64,000 nucleotides of DNA. It comes from Octopus sinensis (lineage: Eukaryota). The stretch is taken from NCBI RefSeq assembly GCF_006345805.1, contig NC_043008.1:46066001-46130000 (forward strand), written 5' to 3'. Position numbers and translations under genes: made by a program. Below, piece by piece: positions 53,026 through 64,000 of this stretch; position 1 is the stretch's first letter, and every line of letters starts with the position of its first letter. The notes beneath the pieces were generated by a model, which saw nothing but the letters and a program-made list of their open reading frames with translations, did no database searches and was not told the origin of the DNA.

Positions 53026-54188
53026 GTCAACAGCTTATAAAGAGGTTTGTAATTATCAGGCAAACGGCAAAGTAAGTACCATAATATCACTGTTATTACA
53101 ATAAAATATTCGTTTGAAAAAGCGCAAAGATAGTATTTGTGTTTGTTTAAATAGAAGTTTACTCGTTTGATATATCTTCAGTGCGTTACCAATGCATATT
53201 TTATCGGTTCGTTCGTATAAATAGCGGAAGTCAATCCAGATTGGGTTTCTGCACATATTTTACTGTAAATATTGATTCAAGCATTCGAAGACTTTGAGTA
53301 AATACGTAGTCGATAAAATCGATGCCAGCCTTTGACCAGCTTTGCTTTTATCGACTCCATAAGGGTGAAAGGAGTAGCTGACCTTTTCCTGATTTCAATT
53401 CAAGATCTGAGGAACCATTGCTAAATACTACAATATGTTTTACTTGTAGGCTGCGAAATACGCTATCCACATAACTAAACGCACTTTCGTTTGCCGCACT
53501 ATACTTTCTCCAAACTCGTGTCTCTACAATAATTAAATCTTCAGTAAAAAGGTTCAATAAATTATTAATGTGTGTGTGCAGGAACCAATGAAATTCCAGC
53601 AGAAAGTGGATGTGTAAAATGGAGCAAAGGAACTAATTCCCGTTCGTAACTTCCCAACATTGAAAATAAGGACTTGTCACACAGGGCACCAAATTACAGA
53701 CTACATAAACTCAGTCAACACAAATATATTCACGAGACTTTATTGAAGCTAAAATACTGACTGAAAACCGATCCTGGCATTATATTGAATTAGGAAATGG
53801 AGGAAAAGAAAACGCCGGCTGAAACCTTTTGCAGAAACACCCAAAAAGATCTGTGGCCGATCGTTGTTGAACGTAAACTGTAATGAGTGTATTGCGCCGT
53901 AAATATTGAAGGTTTCTACAGTATTTAAAGTATGTTAAGATTCCTTTAATATAAGTAATAATAATACACAAGCGAAGGTGAGATCTCTTGCGGGATCTGA
54001 AACCATGCTAAAAAAAGCAGTCATATTTCCCACAATTCACAAAACTATTTTAAGTGATCAATTTGACAGGGAGATGGAGGATTTTTTGCACTGTGAAATG
54101 ACAAGCAGTAGTGGGAGACAAGAACAACACATAGAGACACACACACACGCACACACACACGCACACACACACATACGTATAGAGAGAG

Positions 54189-54705
54189 TAACATATTTTG
54201 CTACTATAATGTGGCTGTTCAATACAGAACTATGTTACTACATTTTAAAACTTAGGAAAACGTCTTTACCAGACGATTAACTACACACAACCTGTGTCCG
54301 ATTTATTTTGATTAAGGGAGCGAATCACTCGCCTCCATCTTGGCAAGACCAGCAGACCATAATGTTTGGGTCTTTACCCGTTATTGCTACATGATACCTG
54401 CCTGCTAGAGATGGCAGCCAATCATCCCTACTCACTATATATAAACAGAAAAGCGGCAGAGAGTCGCTGATCTCGTAACAAGCAAAGTAGCTAGTTCTAA
54501 AATCTCTAAACGAGATATAAGTTGTGCCAATACTAGACGGTAACATTTTTTTGCCACTATCACATGGCAGTTCTATGCACAACTGTGTTACTACATTTTA
54601 GCTCCAGGCAAACGTCCTTTCCAGCTGGTTCACGACACAAAGCCTGTGAGTAATGGAGCGAATCTTTCTCCTCCAGCTTGGCAAGACTAGTGGACCATAT
54701 ATATT
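54189..54705. repeat. Diverged direct repeat (~170-bp arms, ~352-bp period)
   Basis: GTTACTACATTTTA, GGAGCGAATC and CTTGGCAAGAC occur colinearly in 54189-54367 and 54541-54705. Confidence 0.7.
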
Positions 54706-55378
54706 CAAATATGAATGAGAAACAGCTGTAGGCTAATGATGACATTCTTAAGATGACTGATTATCTATTTATAGACACCTGTTGTTATTTCTTGCTTGTA
54801 TTCGTAATTGTGTACCATGTTATCCGGTTGTTTTGCCTTTGTACACATTCGCTAGCTTTCTTACAAAGGGGTCTAATGCTCTTAGCTTAGATTTCTGTGG
54901 GGAGTGGGGGCAACCAGATCGGACCATCTCAAATGTTACTGCTCCAAATTGGTCGTGACGACTGGAACCTAACTGAGGAATGAAGGCCACGAATGGCTCG
55001 TCTTTTTTGCTTGTCCTTTTAATTGTTGTTTCTCTTGTCCACTTTTGTATTGTCTTGTATCTCCGAATGTTTTTATTGTCTTCTATTGCGTTTTTGTTCC
55101 ATTTCTATATTCATATATATATATTATTCACCTACTTTGGATTCTGCAATTCGGAAATATTACAGAAAATATTTTTTTTATATAAAGAACATGTCTAAAC
55201 AACCACGAGCGGACATCCCCCACTAAGTTGAGTCCTGTTGTCTGCATACACTGCAAGAATATCAAGTGCAAGTATTCCTGCACAGAGTTTGATATCCACC
55301 TGATATTGCTTTAACTTAAGTACCTAATACAGGTGAATCTGAATTGTGTATATTATATATATATATACATATATATAG

Positions 55379-56050
55379 GTAATACTAAGCAATTAAGGGT
55401 TTAGCAACGAATTGCCTTACCGCACACCGAATTTAGAAATAGCAGTCAAAGAGATTATAGCTATTTCTTCTACTAAAAGGGAGATCTCAGCAAAAACACA
55501 GCACCTGAAAGGCAAACACAAACAGGTAAGAGAGAATGAATTGACGGCAATCCATCATACAGTTTTAAGTCACCTACGGACGTACGTTTCGAAATCAAGT
55601 CTTAGGAAAGCATAAGAATTAGATAATTCTACCTTACCCAAACTTCTTCTCTCATCAGCTCAGGATACAAACAATCATGAATGATTGTATATTGAATTTT
55701 GAGATACTAGAAGGCACCAACTCAACTCAGTATCAGAGCGAGCTAGAAGCCACAACTAGTATCACCAAATTCAAAGTGTGAATGAAAGTTTGTGTCACCA
55801 GCCCCTTCCCACCCGCGTGTAGCCAAGACAAAGTGCTGTGGTCATTTACTGGGATGAATATGGTTATCAGTAACAATGAAGGGTGAAATTAATTAATTTG
55901 GAATAATTATCAATTATACCAAGTAGTCTTCGGCATGTAAAAGCCTCATTCGAGGAAAATTTAAGTAATACTAAGCAATTAAGGGTTTAGCAACGAATTG
56001 CCTTACCGCACACCGAATTTAGAAATAGCAGTCAAAGAGATTTTAGCTAT
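55379..56050 (-). mobile_element. Retrozyme/PLE-derived element: 586-nt unit plus 86-bp terminal redundancy, one hammerhead
   Basis: 55379-55464 equals 55965-56050 with 1 mismatch; TA-rich flanks; no ORF of note. Confidence 0.75.
55573..55664 (-). ncRNA. Type I hammerhead ribozyme, intact core, long stem II
   Basis: Minus strand: cctgag-CTGATGA-gaga...tttc-GAAAC-gtac-GTC-cgtagg; palindromic ACGTACGT stem/loop III; one mismatch in stem I. Confidence 0.85.
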
Positions 56051-56154
56051 ATATTCGTTCTTATACGTGTGTATACAGTGCTATACATATATATAACACA
56101 TAAATATATGTATATATGTATATATATACACATCTATATTCACATATCTTTATA

Positions 56155-56203
<49 letters not shown>

Positions 56204-57517
56204 GGATGCATGTATGGATTTACAAATACATATGTGTATATATATATCTCTACATATATATCTATATATACATACATATATTTATGTTATATATATACAT
56301 GTGTATGTATGTATGTATGTATGTATGTATATAAGTGTGCGTGTGTGTGTGTACACATAGCTGTTCCCATTCAGTGTATATACAACATAATATTAGTCCC
56401 AAGTCCTTACCATTTAAACGTAAATTACGTTTCCAAACAATAAAATTAGTCTTTGATGTCACAGGAGAGAATAATAGTTCTTTCACAATTCTTTTCTTGA
56501 TCTTCTACTCATATTTATATTCTGTGTTTTTATTCCTAAGAGATATTTGTGATTGCTTCTAACAGATTTATGAAGTCGCCTTGTTGTTCATATCTTACCG
56601 AGCCTTTTCCTTTTTAAAGTTCATGTTCTGCTTTCTAACTATCTTTGGGATGTCTATTATGACAAGACATCGCCCCCTCAGATATTCTTTCTTAAACGGA
56701 AACATAATAGTTGAATGATAATAGCTATCTTAATGTGATAATATTCTACATTAATATCGATATTTTTTTTACTTCTGTCATACTAATGTGTCGTGTTTCA
56801 CATTAGAGTAGCTTACTTCAATAGCTCTCTTTATATGATTGAAGTAATTTGGGTTTTAGGTCGCCTTCATGTATTCTTTCTAGACAGAACTTAACAACGT
56901 TATTTTAGTGCGTCTCTGTTTCATTCCAGCGATTATTTCTGTACTTCAAGAGTTTGTATTATTGAAAAGTTAACTTTAACTTGAAATTGTTTCAAGATCT
57001 TGTGGATATTATCAAGATCTGCAATTTCTTACGCTAAAATATTTAGTAATAATGCATTCCTTTGCATTTAATGCTATAAATACTGTCAGCTTTTATATTC
57101 ATGTCTCTTCATCATGCAATAATTAATGCCTTATCTGGTCACTAGTGAAGTCAAATAACTATTTTTCAAAGCATATTCCATCGAATCAAGTTTCGAATTT
57201 TAGATCCTTTTGCAAAAGTTAATAAAATACACGTATCAGAAATGAGGTGTTGCTCGAAATATCTTCGTATTGACCAATAAAATAAAAGGATATAATCTCT
57301 CACTAGTAATAAAGATTTATTTTTTTATAAAACCATAAGAAAAGTGAACAAATTATAATTTTCCAAAGAGTCCATGGTGTGAAACACCTATTTATCGATG
57401 GAGAAATTGATTGGAAACGTATTAAACGACCTCAAATACTTTAAATGTCATATCAATGGAAACATAATGAGAGAGAAACAGATAACTTAATGCCGACCAA
57501 TATTTTCAGAAGCTTAA

Positions 57518-57729
57518 GGCAGTGAGCTAGCAGAAACGCCAGTGTACCGGAAAAAATGCTTAGCGTGATTTCGTCCGGCTCTTTTCATTCTGAATCAAAA
57601 TTCTGCCGAGGTCAACATTGCCTTTCAATCTTTCAGGGTCAATAAAACAAGTACCAATTGAGTACTAGGGGTCACTGCAATCAGCTAAGCCCTTACCTCA
57701 AATTACTGGCCTTGTGTCAAAATTTGAAC
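57518..57729 (+). mobile_element. Older family B SINE with 11-bp TSD
   Basis: GGCAGTGAGCTAGCAGAAACG head; TSD CAGAAGCTTAA at 57507-57517 and 57730-57740. Confidence 0.85.
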
Positions 57730-58304
57730 CAGAAGCTTAATCTAAAAATATCAAACAATTCATTTTCTTAACGAAAATTATGTTCATTTCGTTTTGAGAC
57801 TCCCAGTGCTTTTTATAAAAAAATTTGAAAATTCATTTAATGAAATTCTCTTTCCAACCGCTTTAAAATAGGAACATATACGTAATTGTTAGAAAATATT
57901 TCAAGTGATCAAATGTTCCCTTTTCTTAAATTAGCTGAACAACGGCTGAGTTTCCGTTTGTAATGAGTTTGTTATGAGTTCGCTCAATGAACTACGCCCC
58001 TTGCATTCTATGCACAGAAACATTGCGAAAGCGGATTTAAAAAGAATTTTCACTCTTTAAATGCACAAATTATACCCACATCATATTCTTCTCGTCATTC
58101 TTCCCCCAACACCGTGTCCTTATAGACTTTCTGTAACGAGTCAATCGCTGAGCGAAAACTTTATTTCTATAACAAATCATTTCTAAGCTGTTAATTGAAA
58201 CAGATTTGTAAAGATTCGTAATCTTTGAACTGGAATAGAAAAATGATTTCTTTTGAAACATTCTTATCTCCAGCGTCTGAATTTCTTTCACACACATTTA
58301 TCTT

Positions 58305-58650
58305 TTATAGTTTATCTTTTACTTGTTTCAGTCATTAGACTGCGGCCAAGCTGGGGCTACTCTTGAATAAATGTAGTCGAATGAATCGACGTCAGGACAT
58401 AATTTTTGAAACCTGGTACTTATTCTACCGAACCGCTAAGTTACGGAGACGTAAATATATCAACGCCGGTTATCAAGAGGCGGTGAAGGAAGAAAAACAC
58501 ACACACTCACACACACACATACGCATACGCATACGCACACGCACACGCACACGCATACACGACGGCCTTCTTTCCACCCACAAGGCTTTGGTCGGCCAGA
58601 GTAGAAGATATTTGCCCAAGATGATAGGCAGTACCACACAGCCACGCCGG
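58305..58650 (-). mobile_element. Decayed SINE family A
   Basis: TTTCAGTCATTAGACTGCGGCC...GAACCGCTAAGTTACGG...ACCACACAGCCACGCC. Confidence 0.8.
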
Positions 58651-58799
58651 CCCCTGGCGTGCCAGGATCGTTCCCAGACCTTAACGTAACTTCAAGGCAT
58701 GGAGACGAATAAAGCGAAAGAAAGCTGCACTTAACACATTTCTTAGACGTTGAATGTATTATAATCCAATAAGAGTTTGATTTGGCTCTATGCAGCTTA

Positions 58800-59110
58800 A
58801 AATTTTGTAGGCTCCAAGAACGAACCTAGCTCCTCAGATTTAGACTTTCGAATGTAGAATTAGTCAAAGTTCAAGATGGGTACTGGAAATTGGGCTGCTA
58901 TTAGCCAAGACGGGCCACATTCAGTTGTTGATATGGGTATTGAAATATTAGCAATGCAAATAGAAATCCCAATCAGTATTTCTGGTACCACATGGTTGGG
59001 CAGGATGTTGGGGGATCTTTGCTGTCTAGGTAGGGTGTTACTAATGATTCTAGCCCCATCATCTAGTGAGCGAGGCACAAATTGCATCCTGTCCAACCAT
59101 AGGTAGATCA
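58800..59110 (-). mobile_element. Possible LINE APE endonuclease fragment
   Basis: ISICIANISIP...FPVPILNFD*F loosely resembles I.I.N.Y.PP...P.LILGDFN. Confidence 0.3.
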
Positions 59111-59164
59111 CTCAAACTCACACTCACTTCTCTCTCTCTCTCTCTCACATACACACATCTATCT

Positions 59165-59232
<68 letters not shown>

Positions 59233-59268
59233 GATCTATATATATATTATATATATATATATATATAT

Positions 59269-59302
<34 letters not shown>

Positions 59303-59369
59303 TCGCCATGATTGACCGCTAAATCCACAAGTTTTTCTTTTTTAATCTCTATTTGAATCATAGTGCTCC

Positions 59370-59403
59370 ATTCTGTTTAAGAGCGTAGGCTCGAAAAATA
59401 AAG
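59370..59403 (+). ncRNA. Decayed minimal hammerhead in a ~190-bp TA-flanked element (59300-59493)
   Basis: tt-CTGTTTA-a-gagc-gtag-gctc-GAAA-aATA-aa; perfect stem II, mutated core. Confidence 0.45.
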
Positions 59404-59490
59404 GACATTCTCACCCTCCCGAGCGCCAAACTACTACACCTGCTTGTTGTTTATACACCTGTCTTCGTCTTTTCTTTTACTATAAATTTC

Positions 59491-59561
<71 letters not shown>

Positions 59562-59617
59562 ACACACACACACACCACATATATATATATATATATATTT
59601 ATACACGTATATGTATG

Positions 59618-59653
<36 letters not shown>

Positions 59654-59671
59654 CATACATACATACAAGCA

Positions 59672-59760
<89 letters not shown>

Positions 59761-59813
59761 CACGTATATGTACGTATATATATATATATTTTTTTTTTTA
59801 TTGTATAGAAGGG

Positions 59814-59862
59814 GCTTCAACAGGACTAGAACTGTTTCATTCAAAAGAAATCATCAGGAAGC
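59814..59862 (-). ncRNA. Type I hammerhead ribozyme (left arm)
   Basis: Minus strand: gcttc-CTGATGA-t.ttc-tttt-gaa.t-GAA-ACAG-ttctagtc-CTGT-T-gaagc; GUU triplet; U.U at the base of stem II. Confidence 0.75.
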
Positions 59863-60064
59863 TAGGTGACAAGAGTAGTTTTGGCATTTATACATTTAGG
59901 CAGGTTTAAAGGGGTGGTGGTGGGGGACTTTTTTGGGGTAGGCATGGCGCAAACTATCATTCTTAGGGGAGTGGTCAAAGGAATCGGTGGTAAAGTAGAT
60001 AAAAGAATAAATAAAAGAATAAATAGAAAAATAGAGTTTTAGGTAAATAAGGAGACTCTCACTT

Positions 60065-60111
<47 letters not shown>

Positions 60112-60538
60112 CACACACATGTACATATACACATACACACACACACATACACATATGTATACATATACATACATATACACACATATACATACATACACAT
60201 ATACATAGATACCCATACACATACGCACACATGCACACATACACTCATATACACATGTACATATGTACCCATATACATGTATCTACGTACACGCCCATAC
60301 CCATATTCATACATACACTTATATATGTCTACACACATATATATATAAAAGGGGATATACACCCCCATACACACACGCTCCCATATCCATATATATATAT
60401 GGCCGAGGTCAAGATAAAAATAAAAACAAAAACCAAAGTAAAAAATAAAAATAAAATTAAAATAAGGGAAGAAATGTGTGTGTATGTGTGTGCATGTATA
60501 TGCATATGTATGTGTGTGTATATATATATGTGTGTGTG

Positions 60539-60571
<33 letters not shown>

Positions 60572-61196
60572 GTATAGGTATGTTTGTGCATGTATGTATA
60601 TATATGTGTATATGGTGTGTGTATATATATGTGTATGTATATATATATATATATATATATATGGATATGGGAGCGTGTGTGTATGGGGGTGTATATCCCC
60701 TTTTATATATATATGTGTGTAGACATATATACGTGTATGTATGAGTATGGGTATGGGCGTGTACGTAGATACATGTATATGGGTACATATGTACATGTGT
60801 ATATGGGTGTATGTGTGTATGTGTACGTATGTGTATGTGTATATATGTATATGTGTATGTATGTTTATGTGTGTATATGTATGTATGTATATGTATACAT
60901 ATGTGTATGTGTGTGTGTATGTGTATATGTACATGTGTGTGTGTATATATATATATATACATATATATATATGTATATATATATATGTATATGTATAAGT
61001 GAGAGTCTCCTTATTTACCTAAAACTCTATTTTTCTATTTATTCTTTTATTTATTCTTTTATCTACTTTACCACCGATTCCTTTGACCACTCCCCTAAGA
61101 ATGATAGTTTGCGCCATGCCTACCCCAAAATGTCCCCAACCACCACCCCTTTAAACCTGCCTAAATGTATAAATGGCAAAACTACTCTTGTCACCT

Positions 61197-61247
61197 AGCT
61201 TCCTGTAGATTTCTTTTGAATGAAACAGTTCTAGTCCTGTAGAAGCT
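61197..61247 (+). ncRNA. Type I hammerhead ribozyme (right arm), one core mutation
   Basis: agcttc-CTGTAGA-tttc-tttt-gaat-GAA-ACAG-ttctagtc-CTGT-A-gaagct; GUA triplet; A6 replaced by U. Confidence 0.7.
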
Positions 61248-61329
61248 CTTTCTATAAAATAAATTAATTTACTCTGCTATGTATTGAGTACCTTATTTAC
61301 TGTGGTTAACCCCGACTCAACCCGGGACC

Positions 61330-61389
<60 letters not shown>

Positions 61390-61415
61390 CATACATACAT
61401 TCAATATATATATAC

Positions 61416-61483
<68 letters not shown>

Positions 61484-61515
61484 TTTATTTTAAGCAGCAG
61501 AAAATTCAACAAAAT

Positions 61516-61553
61516 CTGTTACTCTGAGTTTCTCGTTGCCGTTCATCAGACAG
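61516..61553 (-). ncRNA. Minimal type I hammerhead (left arm of palindrome)
   Basis: Exact reverse complement of 61567-61604. Confidence 0.8.
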
Positions 61554-61566
61554 TTTTTGCAAAAAA

Positions 61567-61604
61567 CTGTCTGATGAACGGCAACGAGAAACTCAGAGTA
61601 ACAG
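61567..61604 (+). ncRNA. Minimal type I hammerhead (right arm of palindrome)
   Basis: ctgt-CTGATGA-a.cg-GCAA-cg.a-GAA-ACT-cag-AGT-A-acag; GUA triplet, GNRA loop II, A.A at the base of stem II. Confidence 0.8.
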
Positions 61605-61706
61605 ATTTTGTTGAATTTTCTGCTGGTTAAAATAAAGCATATTACTCTACCACTGGTATTTGAGTACTCTTTTTTCCACCTTGTTTCACATTTATGTGTT
61701 TACTCC

Positions 61707-61749
<43 letters not shown>

Positions 61750-62754
61750 GTACAAGCTGATTCTTTTACTTTCCATCAGGCATATCCCTCACAAGACTGC
61801 TGCTGGCCCTTGGTTTCGACAGAACACATTTGCCCAAAGTGTCAAGCTCTGACACTAAACCAGAAAGCATGTTGTAGGGAAGCAATATTTTTACTACAGA
61901 AATGTGTGTGTGTGTGTGTGTGTGTGTTAGAAAATGAAATTTTAGAAATTGTCTTGTATTTTCGAAGCATTGGTAAGTGTTTGGCATTCAATAAAATGAG
62001 GACAGTTCTGATTTTAGAGAACAATGCAGTTGTCATTAAAATGGTTATTAAGAATTATGTGTTTATTAACAAGAATATTAAGATGCCTACGGAAATAATA
62101 CACAGTAATTAGGTGTCTAAAAAGTGATTAAATTTCTGTATAATTGTCTGTTGTTGATTTTAGTTGTTTTTGGCTGTCGTCTCATAGAAACAAGGATTAA
62201 TGTCATTAATGAGTTGTTTTTGAAAATAAACTTGAGACAAATCTCTACGGACATGACTGACTTTAGAAGCAAGGAGGATTAGGTTCATTTATAATTTAAT
62301 AATTGTATCAATATTTATGTACATTGAATCTTTCTTCAAATTCATGCAAACATTGTTTACGTGAGAAATTATATATATTCCGTTGCTACTGAAATATTCT
62401 ACACACCTTTATGCTTACATATTCACCACTTTACTTCTGTATTTACATCACTGTGAGCGAAACGTAAGGTAATCTCTCAAAAGTAACTCATAATAACACT
62501 TTGATTCAATAACCGGGTTTTCCTATAATATTCATATTTATTTAATGTATGTTCATTATATAGAAACCTGAGGCTCCAATTATTCACAACAAGCTGAGTA
62601 TTAGTAAAGGTGATTTTAGCAAGGCGATTTGTGATGTGCGACCGTCCTATAAATCACGCGCACGCGAGCATACACACATTTATATAATTATACTTACATA
62701 TATGCAAACACACGCACACTATATAATATAAATGTGTATTTATGCATATTTGTA

Positions 62755-62807
<53 letters not shown>

Positions 62808-63267
62808 ATATATATATATGTACGTACCTACCTCTACATGTATGTATACACGCATATATGGGTACAGGACACCGAAAAAATGTCGAACACAATGAGAAAC
62901 GAAAACATAAACACAAAACCAAGGAACTGGACATTTTTCATAAACAAGGAAAAATAGAGTACAGGACAAATAACACAAGGACAATTCCCCTTCTTCAGTC
63001 ACCATGGTTTCATCTACTCTGCGTTTCGAAGGTGAAGGCGATACGCATCTTCGATAGAAACTTTCCTTCCTGCGAAAAGCAAATTAAATAAAATTTGAGA
63101 TCTTTTTGCGGAGGGGTAAAAATGGTAACAAAAACAGGACAGTAACGACAGTACAAAATATAAACAGTAAAAGACAGGGCAAGGAGAATAACAAGACAAA
63201 AGAGCTGTTAAGCCGAACAGATGCATATGTTTTATTTATTAATTTATTATATATGTGTGTGTCTGTG

Positions 63268-63520
63268 TGTGGAGGCGCAATGGCCCAGTGGTTAGAGCAG
63301 CGGACTCGCAGTTGTAGGATAGCAGTTTCGATTCCCAGACCGAGCGTTGTGAGTGTTTATTGAGCGAGAAAACCTAGAGCTCACTCTTTCTTTTGTAGGC
63401 ATGCTCGCTTAGCCAGCGAAGTGGCGTCATTTGAAGGCTAAAACAATGCGAAGCGCATTGTGACCAGCGATGTGTAGCAACATCTGATAGCCTGGTCGGT
63501 CACGGCGATCACGGTGATAT
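63268..63520 (+). mobile_element. tRNA-derived SINE family D
   Basis: TGTGGAGGCGCAATGGCCCAGTGGTTAGAGC...TTTCGATTCCC head followed by a non-tRNA body. Confidence 0.8.
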
Positions 63521-63556
63521 ATATGTGTGTATGTATGTATGTATATATATATATAT

Positions 63557-63765
63557 ATTTCTTTATTGCCCAAAAGGGGCTAAACATAGAGGGGACAAAT
63601 AGGGACAGACAAAGGGATTAAGTCGATTACATCGACCCCAGTGTGAAGTTGGTACTTTATCTATGGACCCCGAAAGGATGAATTTGAACTCAGAACGTAA
63701 CGATAGACGAAATACCGCTTAGCATTTCGCCCGGCGCGCGAACGCTTCTGCCAGCTCGCCGCCTT
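63557..63765 (-). mobile_element. SINE family B in a (TA)n tract
   Basis: TTTCTTTATTGCCC tail ... TTCTGCCAGCTCGCCGCCTT head. Confidence 0.85.
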
Positions 63766-63798
63766 CGTACATATATATATATATATATAATATATATA

Positions 63799-63869
<71 letters not shown>

Positions 63870-63878
63870 TATATATAA

Positions 63879-63941
<63 letters not shown>

Positions 63942-63944
<3 letters not shown>

Positions 63945-64000
63945 TTCCCCTGTCTTCCCTTCTCGGGATCTTTCCTTCTCCTATGTTTCCGACGAAGAGC
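63942..64000 (+). mobile_element. Start of another TA-flanked hammerhead-type element, cut by the window end
   Basis: ...TGTTT-CCGACGA-AGAGC matches the layout of the 26873 and 59370 copies. Confidence 0.4.

Larger units (their letters stand above)
59804..61330. mobile_element. 1.45-kb fold-back element (arms ~59804-60400 and ~60640-61256) with a hammerhead near each outer end and a unique 3' tail
   Basis: Unique blocks 59804-60070 and ~60990-61256 are near-identical reverse complements, and the inner (CA/TA) mosaics also mirror; tail 61257-61330; TA-tract flanks. Confidence 0.88.
61483..61708. mobile_element. 155-bp near-perfect palindrome (61483-61637) with two divergent hammerheads plus a ~70-bp tail, in (TA)n
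   Basis: Arms are reverse complements except one G/G mismatch and a T5-GC-A6 centre. Confidence 0.9.

Noticed and set aside
63268-63345. tRNA genes at SINE heads (also 17680-17752 and 27270-27460)
   Set aside because: Cloverleafs are imperfect and continue into SINE bodies, with TSDs or inverted partners.

Overview
Eukaryotic, AT-rich, repeat-saturated non-coding DNA. The SINE families and extreme (TA)n/(CA)n/(TATG)n/(TAA)n microsatellite density look like an octopus/coleoid cephalopod intron or intergenic region (inference, no search run). No intact protein-coding gene was found, and almost all ORF-track entries are microsatellite translations. One plausible minus-strand host exon lies at 11296-11403. 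Recognisable content: many tRNA-derived SINEs, decayed LINEs (I/Jockey-like, Tx1, RTE, R4/Dong), Penelope-like elements (PLEs), Tc1/mariner and piggyBac relics, and MITEs. The most striking signal is a set of at least ten type I hammerhead-ribozyme motifs, intact or decayed, in small non-coding elements inside (TA)n tracts. Several are fold-back palindromes with a hammerhead in each arm, one is a greater-than-unit-length 586-nt retrozyme-like copy, and one sits in the tail of a GIY-YIG PLE that could be the mobilising partner. Also notable: a TSD-flanked SINE insertion that captured 122 bp of nearby DNA in inverted orientation, a head-to-head tRNA-SINE palindrome, and multimeric SINEs sharing one junction.
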